From Eledone cirrhosa (Eukaryota): DNA of 64,000 nt. The stretch spans positions 70,432,001 to 70,496,000 of the forward strand of contig OZ024744.1 in assembly GCA_964016885.1 (NCBI GenBank). Reading direction: 5' to 3'. Positions within the stretch are counted from its first letter, which is position 1, and every line of letters begins with the position of its first letter. Shown piece after piece: positions 40,401 to 52,489 of this stretch. The notes below the pieces were generated by a model. It searched no databases. It saw only the letters and a program-made list of their open reading frames with translations, and had not been told where the DNA came from. Both the position numbers and the translations under genes were made by a program.

Positions 40401-42220
40401 TTCTTTAGTAAGATTTTTCTTCTTTTTTTTTTTTAATCGTATTTGATTTTAAAAAAACGGAAAAATTTCCTTTGCAAACGCTGCCAAAGTGCAGACTTGA
40501 CTTTCAGAGAAAAAACAAAAAACTGCTGTAATGCGTGTCCTTGAAAAAAAAAATGACTCGTAATTGATTTATGAAAAAAGTTCACAAAAAAGGAGTACGT
40601 CTCCTAAAATGTGAATATATTCTTATCAGAAGACTCTAGTATCAAGAATTGTTAACGATATATCCACCATGCTTTTTGCATTCAGTGGATATATCCCATT
40701 ACCATTATTTTCAAGTGCCTAATTTTCATACAAAGAAATAAATAATATTTTCTGACAGACATTCTGCGGTATGTTAGGTATACATTAGAGACTATATTTC
40801 ACTGAAGAGGTCTTATAAGACCGAAACATATCCCGAATTTCACTATATATATTTTTTTTTTTTTTTTTTTTTTTGCTGTTTAATCAGTGAAGAAAAAGCA
40901 GTGCCCACATCCCTTTTCAGGGCCTCCAAACCTGATGGGAGGGAGAGAGGGAGGAAGATATCCTCAAACCTCAGACCCGGCCCGAATGCTTGCAACAGAA
41001 TGGACTCCGCTAAAGGCACCCTAGAGCCAGGTGGTGGTGTTAAATCGAGTACAAGATTAAGTCAGCCATCCCAAGTAAGCTACAACGAGATTTTAGTTCA
41101 GAACACTCAGCGCCGAAACAAATGCATTCTTTGGTGGTAGACGTAGTCTGTCTCCTCGAGTGCCTTTAGTGGGGTCCACTCTGTTGCAAGCCTTGTCTCT
41201 GGTGTGAGGATGACTTCCTCCTTTCAACCCATCAGTTTCGGACACCCTGAAATAATAAAAAAAATGGGTGATACGCGTTGCTCTTTGCTCTCTATCTAAA
41301 TGGTAAAAACAAAACTAAAATACTATGCTTCACTGAAGAGGTCTAATAAAGCCGAAACATATCTGGAATTGTCACTATAACTAACAAAAATCAGATAGTC
41401 TCCCATTGAATGTGAGTGTCTCCCCCATTTAATATTTAGCCGATTAAAATTTCAGACTTTTCTCTTTTTCTTTGATAATTATTGTCATCTATTAACCCAA
41501 ATGAGATTTTTTTTCTAATTTTTTCTAATTCTCTTTGGCTAACTACATTAAATACGTTAGCCTGCATAAAACTATATGTTCTTCATGCAGAAGGCGCCCC
41601 TGGGAAATTTTCAAACGTCATTTTTTATTAAATTACCTAATCAGTGAATAATCAGTGAATAAATTTTCATACAAAAGTTGCATCATCTCGAAATTATTCT
41701 TTAGTCAATTTAAATATCAGATAACTCTTTCTCTTGTCTTTCGTTTTGAAAAGTCTTGTAATTAACGCTAATTACTTAGTGTAGATTTATTTTATTTTTT
41801 GTATTTTGTTTTTTGTTTTTTTGTTGCTTTTTGGTTGTTTGTTTTTTGCTCACTATACTGCACATTTGTCTTTCAGAAAGAAAAAAAAACGCTATAATGC
41901 CGGTTATTCTTATAGTTAATTTATTTTAAAATTTGTAATTGATTTTTTTTAAAAAGCACACAGAAAAACCGGCAAGAAACTACTTTGTGGGCCAAGCTTT
42001 CAGAGTAAAACAGAAGAAAAAAATGCTATCATGTAATTGTTTTTTTTATAATTAAAAAAAAGCAATTCCCCTTACTATCATTACCACTACCACCTCCACC
42101 ATATAAAGGACGATGGTGCGTGTTTAGCTTTCGTGGAGAAGTAACGCAAAAAAGCGATAGTGCGGGTTTGGTTATTAAACAAACAAAAAAATCTTGCTAT
42201 AATGCAAGCTTGTCTTTTTT
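37500..42220 (+). repeat. Degenerate dispersed ~22-nt motif array AAACTGCTATAATGCAGGCTTG
   Basis: Variants near 37513, 39071, 39161, 39864, 40216, 40328, 40520, 41888, 42195 and others, with irregular AT-rich spacers. Confidence 0.65.
40791..41378 (+). other. Two direct hammerhead-like repeats flanking a rod-like inverted repeat (retrozyme-like candidate)
   Basis: CTGAAGA-GGTCT..CC-GAAACATATC at 40802 and 41333; inverted arms about 40915-41026 and 41155-41252. Confidence 0.55.
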
Positions 42221-42493
42221 CTATAACTTTAATCAAGTGTATTTTACCATAGTCACGTGAGTGAAACTTGGTAGAAAGAAATTATTGGGTGGCTTGTACC
42301 TGTAAATCGTAGGTCCATCCTTGTCGCACACTGTGTCTTGTTGATTTGATTCCTTCTGAGAATTACATTAAGTATGCATGTGTCTATGGAATACTCAACC
42401 GTTTACACTAAACACAATGAATATGCAGTTCCTTTGATCGAAAAGTGAAACCTTAACCGTTCAAATCAATACAGACCCATCTATAGTATAAAT

Positions 42494-43036
42494 CAGAGGT
42501 TCTCAAACTTTTGGGTCCCCCCCCCACCCCCCTCACGTCCACGTAATACTCTCAGCGCTCCTACCCCTATATCCAGAGAGATCTGCCTACACATAAATTG
42601 TAAATAATACATAATAAATAAAATCGTTAATTTATATATAATAAATAATTGTTTCTACTTTAGGCACAAGGCCAGCAATTACCCAGTACATTACTGGTAC
42701 TTTATTTTATCGATGAAAGGCAAAGTTAACCTCGGCGGGATTTCAACTCGGACTGTAAAGGGACGTAACTATGCTAGAAAGCATGGCGTCCAACCCTCTA
42801 CAGATACTGCCAATTAACCGCCCTATATATAATAAATAATATAATATATATATGTATGAATAAATATTATATATTTGTTATTTTACTATATATATATATG
42901 TATCATTTGATATTTAATATAGTATTATATCATCTCTACCCAGCACCCCTAGACCTTCTCAACGCCAACCCCCCCCCCCCCCCCCCAACCCCCCATCCCG
43001 GGGTGAGGGCGGTAGCGCCCACTTTGGGAACTTCTG
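42494..43036. mobile_element. hAT-type MITE with nested SINE (42647-42825, -)
   Basis: TIRs CAGAGGTTCTCAAACT / ACTTTGGGAACTTCTG; 8-bp TSD GTATAAAT (42486-42493 and 43037-43044). Confidence 0.88.
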
Positions 43037-43993
43037 GTATAAATGAAATTACATTAACAAAAATAGAAAGGTCAAGAGATAATTTGTTTTGGTTCGAGTG
43101 TTTCTATTGGAAAGTTGTCGCAGAAACAATAAGTGGTAATATGCAGTAAGGCGAGAGGCCTGCAGTATGGTATGGCATAGTACGGTCCCGTAACTCCCGA
43201 TAGTATCGTAGAGACGCCATAATAATATACGGCGTTTCTTGGGCATTTTTACACCCTAGTGGTGACCACCCCTATCCAAGTTTGGATATTGAGAAGGAGA
43301 GACAGTGTTAGAAGGGAGGAAGCGAAAAAAAGGATACAGAGGAAGAAACAACCGCGCTATTGAACTGGTATATTTTTTATCGACAAAAAGGGTGGAAGGT
43401 AAAATTGACCAAAACAGGATTTCAACTCAGAGTTTAGAGTCCGGCAAAGAATACTACAAACCATTCTATCCGACGTTCTAACGACTCTGCCAATTCGCCA
43501 CCTATGAGAGACCTGTAGTAGTGTCTGATCCAACCCCTTCTAGTTTTGGTGTTCTCCGGGTCCTAATATATATATTATACACTGACATACCCACGCACAT
43601 ACACACACAAGTATTCATATATATATATATTTTGGAAAATGTGTGAAATCCTGGGGGTACAGTTAGGTATATTTTTTAAAAAAGGAAAAGAATGACTTCC
43701 CTTGTAGTTCTCAACAGTTTAATTTAATTTTATAATTTAATTTAATTTTATAATATACTTTTACAATTTGGTTTTACATATATATATATAAATATAAATA
43801 TAATTTCAGCGAGATCGAATTTCGGTGGTGGCCCTAAACAAAGCGGAACGCAAATTTCAAGATATGCGGTAAGCGTTCAATGGACTAAAAGAAGACCAGA
43901 GCAATAAACATAGGTTATAGAGGCCAAACAAACTGAAAACGGCGGTCAAGAATCCATCAGCCACCGAAGCAAGCTAAATAGGTCAAACGAAAG

Positions 43994-44073
<80 letters not shown>

Positions 44074-44202
44074 CTTTCGTTTGACCTATTTAGCTTGCTA
44101 TATATATATAGTGGTAGAACACTGGAAGGTAATATCCGTAGTGGTAGAGCACTCAGTCCAAGGGACGAGTTAGATAGAAGTGGTTACACAACAGTTAGTT
44201 CA

Positions 44203-44252
44203 CCATACCGAGAACAATTGTTTCACCTTAGCGGATCCTCAGCTCGTAATGG
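44203..44252 (-). ncRNA. Minimal type I hammerhead in the PLE 3' pseudo-LTR (mirror copy 46277-46326, +)
   Basis: CGAG-CTGAGGA-tCC-gctaa-GGt-GAAA-C-AATT-GTT-CTCG; palindromic loop III. Confidence 0.85.
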
Positions 44253-44411
44253 ACATGGTTATACGGAACAGGAAGGACAACAGTACGAACGCGCATGCGC
44301 AGAAACGATCACTTCACACAGGCAATACTAAATTGCGTGCGAGAGGTGTAAGGGAGATGACTGCGAAAGTCCGAAAGTTTCTAGTTGATAAGAAAATTAG
44401 GATGTTGTAAT

Positions 44412-46085
44412 TCAATCCGGAGCTTTGTAGTTATGTAAGAGGTGTTTCCAGACGTGTGGACAGCGTGTGATGAATTCATTTCTCGTGTTTAGGCAATCAC
44501 TATTGCGTAATCTCTTTAGAATATTTATTCGTTCATCAATACATAGCACACACGACAGATTGCCCCTTGCGTATGGCTTGGACTTAGTAATGGCTTTCCA
44601 TTGAATGGAGTAGTCTATACTTGAGTCCTTTAGGGACCATACGTGGCTCGCGATTTTCGTGGATGAACGTCTGTCCGGGTACCTAAAGGTCGACTGGTGG
44701 TTCAGGAAGCGTTCCTTAAATCGGCCCTCCGCCATACCCACATAGGATTTGACCTCCTGTGGTTGATTTGGTCGGTTGGAAGTGACCACAACTTCATAAA
44801 CTACAGCGGGTGTGTTGCATTGCTGTTGAAGGGGACAAGCTTCGGGCTTACGGCAAGAGCACCCTGGTGGGGTGTTGCTCTTAGGGCTGTTGGTGATGTG
44901 GGCCTTCATGTTCTTAGCGCAGGAGTATACTAGTTTTACTTTGTGTCGGTTAAAGATGAAGCGGTATTTATGACCTATGGGAAAGTGTCTATCTAAGAGG
45001 GCTAGAAATGTTTTGCCTACATTGGTTTTAACGTTGAGCGAGAAGGGAGGGGAGAACCAGATAGTTTGTCTATTGCTACGCTTTCTTTTCTTATTGCTAT
45101 TGTTGTTAGTGGGAGAGTAAGTGATAGGTTGCGAGAAGCCGCTGTTAGCTAACACCGTGTTATAGTAGGGTGCCGCCCTGTCAAAGATAGCCTTATTAGA
45201 GGAGAGGTTTGAGATTCTAGTACTGATATTATTTACGAAGTTTCTAAAAACAGTGGGAGGGTGGCATGAGTCCTTGTGAATGTAATTGAGTTTTTCGTTA
45301 AGCTTATGGAAGTGTCTGTAGGTGTGTGTGCGAAGGTCTAAATTAATGTCTAAGAAATATACGCTAGAGAGGTTGGTAGCTACTGTTATCGTAAGGCCTA
45401 ACTCATTGAAGGTAGAAGCTAAGTCTTTTTTAAACCGGTCGAGGTCGTGACCACTTTTATGGCTCGATAAGGTCAGTCCATCGTCGCGGTATATTCCCGT
45501 GTGGAAGTCCGGGAATCTAACACGTAATATGTCTAAGATAAAAAGGCCAACCAGGTCGCATACGTCAGCACTGTCAAACGATCCGATGGAGACATCAAAT
45601 AGGTCTGAAGTTGTAGACTTCTTTGCCCAGGCTACTCCGTTGTTGAAGAGGAGGGTTTTCCGGCAGTGAGCGATGATTTCCCTGTCTAAACCATCGACGG
45701 TAGTGTAAGTGGTAGCAAAGTCCAACGCTTTGTTTAACAAAGAGATCGGCGGGTAAAAATCAACAATGTCAAACTGTGTGAACTTCGCTTTTTGGGATTT
45801 GAAGGAGTTAAACCACTTAATTATGGAGTCGCTGTTCTCCCACTGGGACAGGTTGGACTTGGTCCTAATGGTCTTAACTATGTTTCTAAGTATGGCCTTA
45901 CTGACTCGTCCCATATCTGTGCGTGCCGGGTTTATTAGTCTACATGTGGGGTTAGAAGTAAAGTCTACATTGTGATCATTCAGGGTGAGGAACGTCTCCC
46001 GCTTAGCTAGAGATTGTAGCTGCTTATCTACCTTAAAGTCGGCGGCAAGTTCTTTGGCTTCTGTATTAATGTCGTGGTAGGCCAT
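44412..46085 (-). CDS. PLE reverse transcriptase + GIY-YIG endonuclease (N-truncated, frame open)
   Basis: FTQFDIVDFYP, GIYRDDGL, FLDINLDL, IWFSPPFS, CSCRKPEACPL..VVYE..SYVGMAEGRFKERFLNH, CVLCIDE..LNTRNE. Confidence 0.92.
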   Translation of the reverse strand: MAYHDINTEAKELAADFKVDKQLQSLAKRETFLTLNDHNVDFTSNPTCRLINPARTDMGRVSKAILRNIVKTIRTKSNLSQWENSDSIIKWFNSFKSQKAKFTQFDIVDFYPPISLLNKALDFATTYTTVDGLDREIIAHCRKTLLFNNGVAWAKKSTTSDLFDVSIGSFDSADVCDLVGLFILDILRVRFPDFHTGIYRDDGLTLSSHKSGHDLDRFKKDLASTFNELGLTITVATNLSSVYFLDINLDLRTHTYRHFHKLNEKLNYIHKDSCHPPTVFRNFVNNISTRISNLSSNKAIFDRAAPYYNTVLANSGFSQPITYSPTNNNSNKKRKRSNRQTIWFSPPFSLNVKTNVGKTFLALLDRHFPIGHKYRFIFNRHKVKLVYSCAKNMKAHITNSPKSNTPPGCSCRKPEACPLQQQCNTPAVVYEVVVTSNRPNQPQEVKSYVGMAEGRFKERFLNHQSTFRYPDRRSSTKIASHVWSLKDSSIDYSIQWKAITKSKPYARGNLSCVLCIDERINILKRLRNSDCLNTRNEFITRCPHVWKHLLHNYKAPD

Positions 46086-46390
46086 AGGGTTAGCTTTCTT
46101 ATATTTGGAAGTAATAGCGTTATGGGCCAGGTGGCGGAAAGTGGTGTTGTTGACTTCGGACTTTCGCAGTTATCTCCCTTACACCTCTCGCACGCAATTT
46201 AGTATTGCCTGTGTGAAGTGATCGTTTCTGCGCATGCGCGTTCGTACGGTTGACTTCCTGTTCCGTATAACCATGTCCATTACGAGCTGAGGATCCGCTA
46301 AGGTGAAACAATTGTTCTCGGTATGGTGAACTAAGTGTTGTGTAACCACTTATATATATACATATATATATATATATTTGGCATATACCA

Positions 46391-47837
46391 TCTAAACTAT
46401 AATAAAGGAAGGTCTGCGGGATTGCGTACGGTTTTTTTTGTTTTTTTATCCCGTTTGTAAAATAAGTTTGATTACTTTGAATAAATAATTGTTTCTATTT
46501 TTGGCACAAGGCCAGCAATAAACCAGTGCATTACTGGTACTTTATTTTGTTGACGCCGCAAGGATGAAAGGCAAAGTTAACCTCGGCGGGATTTGAACTC
46601 AGATCATAAATGGACGTAACTATGCTTCAAAGCATGGTGTCCGACTCTCTACCGATACTGCCAATCCACCGCCCTATTATTTTTGTTTACGAAATTGAGT
46701 ACATAAATTATGTAATATTCATTCATTACTTTGAATAAATAATGAATGAATATTACATAATTTATCTACTCAATTTCGTAAACATAAAAAATTTCGTAAA
46801 AATAAATAATTTCAAATTGACTTCTTTTCAAAGTTACGCTTCCGGTATATCGTCGCCACCCCCCCCCCCCCCTCATTTCAACTACCATATATATATAGAA
46901 AGAGGGAGTATGATTGTGCACATACATACATCTATATGTATGAGGATATAAATATAATCGCGCAAACACAAACTTATAAAAATACACTCTCACGGACATA
47001 ATTCACACAAATACACATACTTTCACACAAATATACATACATTGACACATACTTTCACACAAACATACATACTTTCACACAAATATACATACATTCACAT
47101 ATATACTTTCACACAAACATACATACATTCACACATACTTTCACACAATATTTCACACATATACATTTACACAAACATACATACATTCACACATTTACAT
47201 TTACACAAACATACATACATTCATACATATACATTTACACAAACACACACATACAGTCATGATAGCGTTCGGTTTAATTGGAAATGGGAGAGTAAAACAA
47301 GTATAACGTTTTATTTATTTATTAACTCTGTTCTTCTTAAACTCATCTAAACTATAATAAAGTAAGGAGCGCGGGACTGCGTACGGTTTATAATTTTTTG
47401 TCTCATTAGTAAAATAAGTTGGATTACTTTGAATAAATAATTAATGAATATTACATAATTCATCTACTAAATTTCGAGGCTGTTGATTAAATATATTTTG
47501 TTTATTTAAAGATTCACTTCTTTAAAATTTCTGAAATGTCAACACTTCCGGTTGGCCATCGCTTAAATAAACATACTAATTTTCTGTCACTAATTTTCTC
47601 CTAACGCAGTTTATATTTAATATCGTCATTTTTAATGTATCATGGATTACGTTACTGATTAAATTAGACAGTGTAACGCAGTCTTCGTTCAATTTCTATG
47701 TATTATATATTGTCAATTACGATTTTATTTGATGTATCATATCTACATGTATATATATATATATACCTGCGTATAATATCAATATGCGCACTACACATGC
47801 TAGTAGAAAACCACCCGAGGGGCGGTTTTTCTGCTAG
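46391..47837 (+). mobile_element. Non-autonomous Helitron-like element with two 5' ends (46391, 47346) and a nested SINE (46486-46675)
   Basis: A|TCTAAACTATAATAAAG start; 3' hairpin AGAAAACCACCC-gag-GGGCGGTTTTTCT then CTAG|T; relatives at 57296-58205 (-) and 63099-63842 (+). Confidence 0.7.
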
Positions 47838-48081
47838 TATGTTTAATTAAAAACATGTTGAAGACCTTGCGCTATCATTTTTAAATTAGTGACTATATCA
47901 CTTACTTCTTTTTTCGGCAAAAGAAGGGAGAGAAGCTGACAGATTCTGTTTCACACTGTTGGTGTTCCTCAGAGCCGAAAATTATAGAGGCTGGATTCTT
48001 ATAGAATTCCAGTAAGAATCAGGAACTGATTATACGATTGCCGGTCCAGCAATAATTAAAAATAAGAGCACCAAAATCCTA

Positions 48082-48185
<104 letters not shown>

Positions 48186-48228
48186 AGTGAGAGTGAGAGA
48201 GAAATAAATAGATTGATAGATAGATAGA

Positions 48229-51200
48229 TTTGTTTCTTTATTAGCCACAGGGGCACAAAAGAAGGGGACAAATACAAAGTGGGAAGTTTACATACAATAA
48301 AAACGTGTAAAATGTTATCACAAATGCAATTTAAAAAATTAGTCGATTTTCCCGAATAGGGGGAGACAGTTCATATGGGTAACACATACCCCCGAAAAAA
48401 TGTGCAACACTCATCTCCAGGAGTACGAAGAGTTTGTACTCCTTTCCTCTCCTCCTCCTTTTCCTCAACCTACAGGCTGATATAGAGAGAAGGCCCATTC
48501 ACTCGGGCCATTCTCGCTACTTTCACCCACCTTTCATAAAACTTGCTGGGGTACAACACCTCTCTCTCCATCCTGATTCTTCTTCCAAAGTGGTATTTGA
48601 AAAAAAGAATCAGTTGTTGGCCTGGAGAGAAAGGTGTCTGACCTCAGCCCTTTCAACCTCGTCCACCATACAACCTCTTTCGCCATAGCTATCACACAAA
48701 GGAAAACCGCCTCTCCTTCGTTTTTGAAGGAGGGTGGTGGTTTGATCATGACAATGGACTCGGTGGTCAACCGGATTGGTCCCACCCGCGACAATAGTCG
48801 TTCTACATAGCCCCACAGGTCAGTGACGCCCGGGCAGTTTATGAATGCGTGCGCGACGGTTTCTTCGTTACGCACGCACCTCGGACAGATCTTTTTTGCA
48901 GGGTCCCTGCCCGGGCGCCCATGTCTGTAGAGCTTGTCTCGAACTGGTAGAGCTCCTCGGTAGTACTGCCAGGCCAGGGACTTTTGGAAGTTGTCCATCG
49001 GTCCCGGGTGGAAGATCCTACCGAACAGACTGGCCAGTTCATCTTCCTCTACGCCTATAGTTTCACCGAGCGCGTCGTCGCACTTTCTGCGGATCAACCC
49101 TCTATAGAATGACGAAGTGGAGTCTCCACTGATCGCGGGGTCCGCCTGCCAGAGGGCTGTGAGCGCCTGAGCACATTCAATGTGCCAGTCGCCCATTTTC
49201 CTCGGTCTTTACTTGACCCAGGACTGCAGCTCGGTCAGCGAGACGAGTCGTGGGAAGGCTCGCCTCACGAATGGGGCCCACACCGGTTGTCCGGTGAGGA
49301 ATACGTAGAGATGCCGCAGCCTGAGCGCGTGATTGCACATCGTCAACCACGGCATCCCCAGCCCTCCGTTAGAAGGGTGTTGGCAGCAGATGGATCTTCT
49401 CACCAAAGGAGCCCGCTTCTTCCAAAGGAATTGGAAGAGCGCGCGGTCCATTTTGGCGAGCGTTTTGGCTGGACAAGGCACGACGGTCAAGCGGTAGTAG
49501 ATGGCGGACGCTATAAAAGTGTTCGCCACCTCCGCTCGACCTTTCAAGGATAGTTTGCACTCGGCCCACTTCTGGGTGAGTGCAAACACCTTGGCCGTCA
49601 CTTCCTTCCAGTTCTTCTCCACCTGGAGATCCGGACCAAACCAGACCCCGAACAGCTTTACCGGTCCTTCCATCCAGCGTCCGACGACGCCATCGGTAGG
49701 CATCGGTTTGCCTCTCCACGATCCGAGTTGCAAACCGATGGACTTGTCCCAGTTCAGCTTCGCTCCTGTGAAACTTTCGTATTCCTTCAGTAAGGTGTCG
49801 ACTTCCTCGATTTGCGAGGCGGCGACACCATTACTGTCACGTCGTCGGCGTAGGCCGACGCCGATTTCCGCAGTCCCGGTTCCAGAGGGATGCCCTGCAA
49901 TAGCTCCAACTTCCGCAGTAGTGGTTCGAGAATCAGTACGTACAGAAGGGAGGAGAGAGGGCATCCCTGTCGAATGGATCGCGTAATATGGAACAGCTCC
50001 GAGAGGTAGCCGTTCACCTTGACCCTTGAGCAGATGTTGCTGTTGTGCATTGCAGCAATCCAGCTCCTGAACACGGGTCCGAAGCCTGCCGCCTCGAGCA
50101 CCGCATCCAGGTAACGATGGTCAACCCTATCGAAAGCCTTAGACTGATCCAAGTTGATCAGAGCCCCACCGAAGCCGGGTTTACACCCTACCCTCTCTAT
50201 GATGTATCGCATGAGGTGGAGGTTGTCGTGTATGGACCTGGTCGGGATTGCGCATGTCTGCGCTTCTCCCACCAGGTTCCCGACGACAAGCGCCAGCCTC
50301 TTTGCCAACACCTTGGCCAAAATCTGTGAATCTGTGTTTAGCAGAGTTATGGGCCGGAAGTTGCCTATGTCATCCCCCTTATTTTCGTCCTTCCTGACTA
50401 GTGTGACTACGCCCCCGGTTACAGAACTGGGAATTCTCCCGTTCTGTTGCCAGTTGCAATAGACCGCTTCCAGGAGACCGGAGAATAAGTCCGGCATTGC
50501 TACGTAAAATTCGTAGGGTAGACCGTCGAGACCTGCGTTTACCGCATTGGCTGAGCGCGTCCCCTATCTCAGCGGCTGAAATCGGCTTTTCGCAGAACTT
50601 TGCCTCGCTGTCCGAGAGTCGCGGTAGGCTGTCGAGGTATGGACCGAAATCCATAGCCCCTCCCGGCGCGCCGCCCCGCCCGAACAGTTGAGCAAAGTGC
50701 CGCTGAAAGGCCGCACACATCTGCTTCGGCTCACGTATCACGCGTCCGTATTGGTCCTTCAAAGACCGAATCGTAGACTTGTTGCCACTTTTTGCCTCCG
50801 TCACTTTTTGCCAGCTAACAGCTTTGGCTCCCTCGTTTCCCAGAGCACGTATTTTGCTTCTGACAACGCAGCCCTCGTGCTTTGAGTCGAAGAACTGGTC
50901 CAAGGCAGTTCTCGTTGCTAGCACGCTGGTTGCGTTGCTACTTCTAATTGCCTCTTCTACTTTATCTACCAGTTCCTTCTCGGTTCTATTTCTATCTAAC
51001 GCTAATTCTTGACTAAAAACTAACGAGTCTAATCTAACTGCCCTCTTGAGAGAGTACCACCATCTGTTGTTGACAATGGCCTCTGTCAAATGCTGTTTAA
51101 CTAAAGTGCTAATCCGTCTACTGTAGGCTTTGCATGTCGGTAACGACAAGTTCAGCTTCAAGTAGCCGAGTCCTTGTCTATGGGTTCTATCAAGGTTGGC

Positions 51201-52388
51201 CATGCAGGTCACTAGTTTGTGATCTGAATAGGCAACCATGAACATTTGTGGACAGCTTAACATGTCCCTATCCCTATTTCTAACTAGAACCCTATCTAGG
51301 TACGATCTAGATGTTCTGCTACGATTAATCCACGTCCACAGTGGCACAGTCGGAAAATCTAGTCGATATCTATCGTCCAGGTCAAATCGGTCGATTAACT
51401 GTTTGAGGCTGTTACACCCCCCTTTATCGGGACATGCTCCCACATAGTCACAACGTGCTTCTAGGATTCCATTTCAGTCCCCCACTAAAAGCAAGGAGCA
51501 GAAAAGTCTCTAGACGTTTGAAGAAGTCTGGCCGTGGTGTCCCGGATGGGGCATATGCAGCCACCAGCCTGAAGGCTCCACCTTCACTACCGTCAACGTC
51601 TAGGACCACCAGTCGACCCTCCGGGTCCAGATGTACCGTCTGTATTACGAGGCCCAGGTGTTTTCGCAGCAAAACGGCAACCCCGGCCCCCACCCCCCGG
51701 CCGACAGAGAGATGCGTAGATCTCAAAGTCATCGAAGATGGGGGCTAGCTGTCGCTCGCTGTGGATCATGGACTCGCAAACGGCTACTACATCCATACTG
51801 TGCGACCTGAAGTCGTTTAAGAGTTTGCCCTGTTTCCAGGGCATCCCCAGGCCGCGTACGTTCACACATCCAACTCTTATATTGGCCATGTTGGTGCTGA
51901 AAAGTTAAAAGAGGAAAAGAAATCACTCACCCTTCGTCTCCTGGGGACCAGGCTGCACGATTTCCATGGGGGTGTTGGGGGGTTGTCTGGGTGGGTGTTG
52001 GTTTCCGGCGGGGTGGGGACGGAGATGTTTGGTGGGGTGGGGTCTGGTAGGATGGGGGTGTCTGGGGTGGGGAGACATTTGAGAAGGACGCGGTGATGTG
52101 GTTTCACGCAGGAATTCCCCACATCCTTTTCAAATGTTTCTTTTAGGGGCCTATAAGTTTGTATAGGGACCCTAATCAGTTTTAGGTTCAGTTTTTTGTT
52201 GTTTTTAATAGAGTGGGCGAAAGTTTTCCCTTCGGTTTTCACCGAAGGGTTGTTCGTGATGGTCTCCATTAGTGTTTTGTTTTCAGTGTTTATGTAAGTG
52301 TAAGTGTAATTTTCTTGTGTTGTGTTTGTTTTTGTCTGTAGTTCTTGTGTGTGCTTTCGTTTTGTTGTAGGTATTTTGTTTTCAGGAG
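48229..52388 (-). mobile_element. Tx1/L1-clade non-LTR retrotransposon, near full length, frameshifted
   Basis: APE (VGCVNVRGLG, SYLDRVLV, YSDHKLV), RT (NFRPITLLNTD, LDQSKAFDRVDH, IRQGCPLS, AYADDVTV), zinc knuckle CPRCVRNEETVAHAFINCP; short ORF1-like region at about 51900-52270; AATAAA near the 3' end; (GATA)n on both flanks. Confidence 0.93.

Positions 52389-52489
<101 letters not shown>

Larger units (their letters stand above)
44110..46351 (-). mobile_element. Penelope-like element, 5'-truncated, with inverted pseudo-LTRs
   Basis: RT + GIY-YIG ORF; ~200-bp inverted repeats at 44178-44378 and 46153-46351; (TA)n on both sides. Confidence 0.95.

Noticed and set aside
37500-42220. Repeat-spacer pattern as a CRISPR array
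   Set aside because: Repeats are highly degenerate, spacing is irregular, the context is eukaryotic and there are no cas genes.
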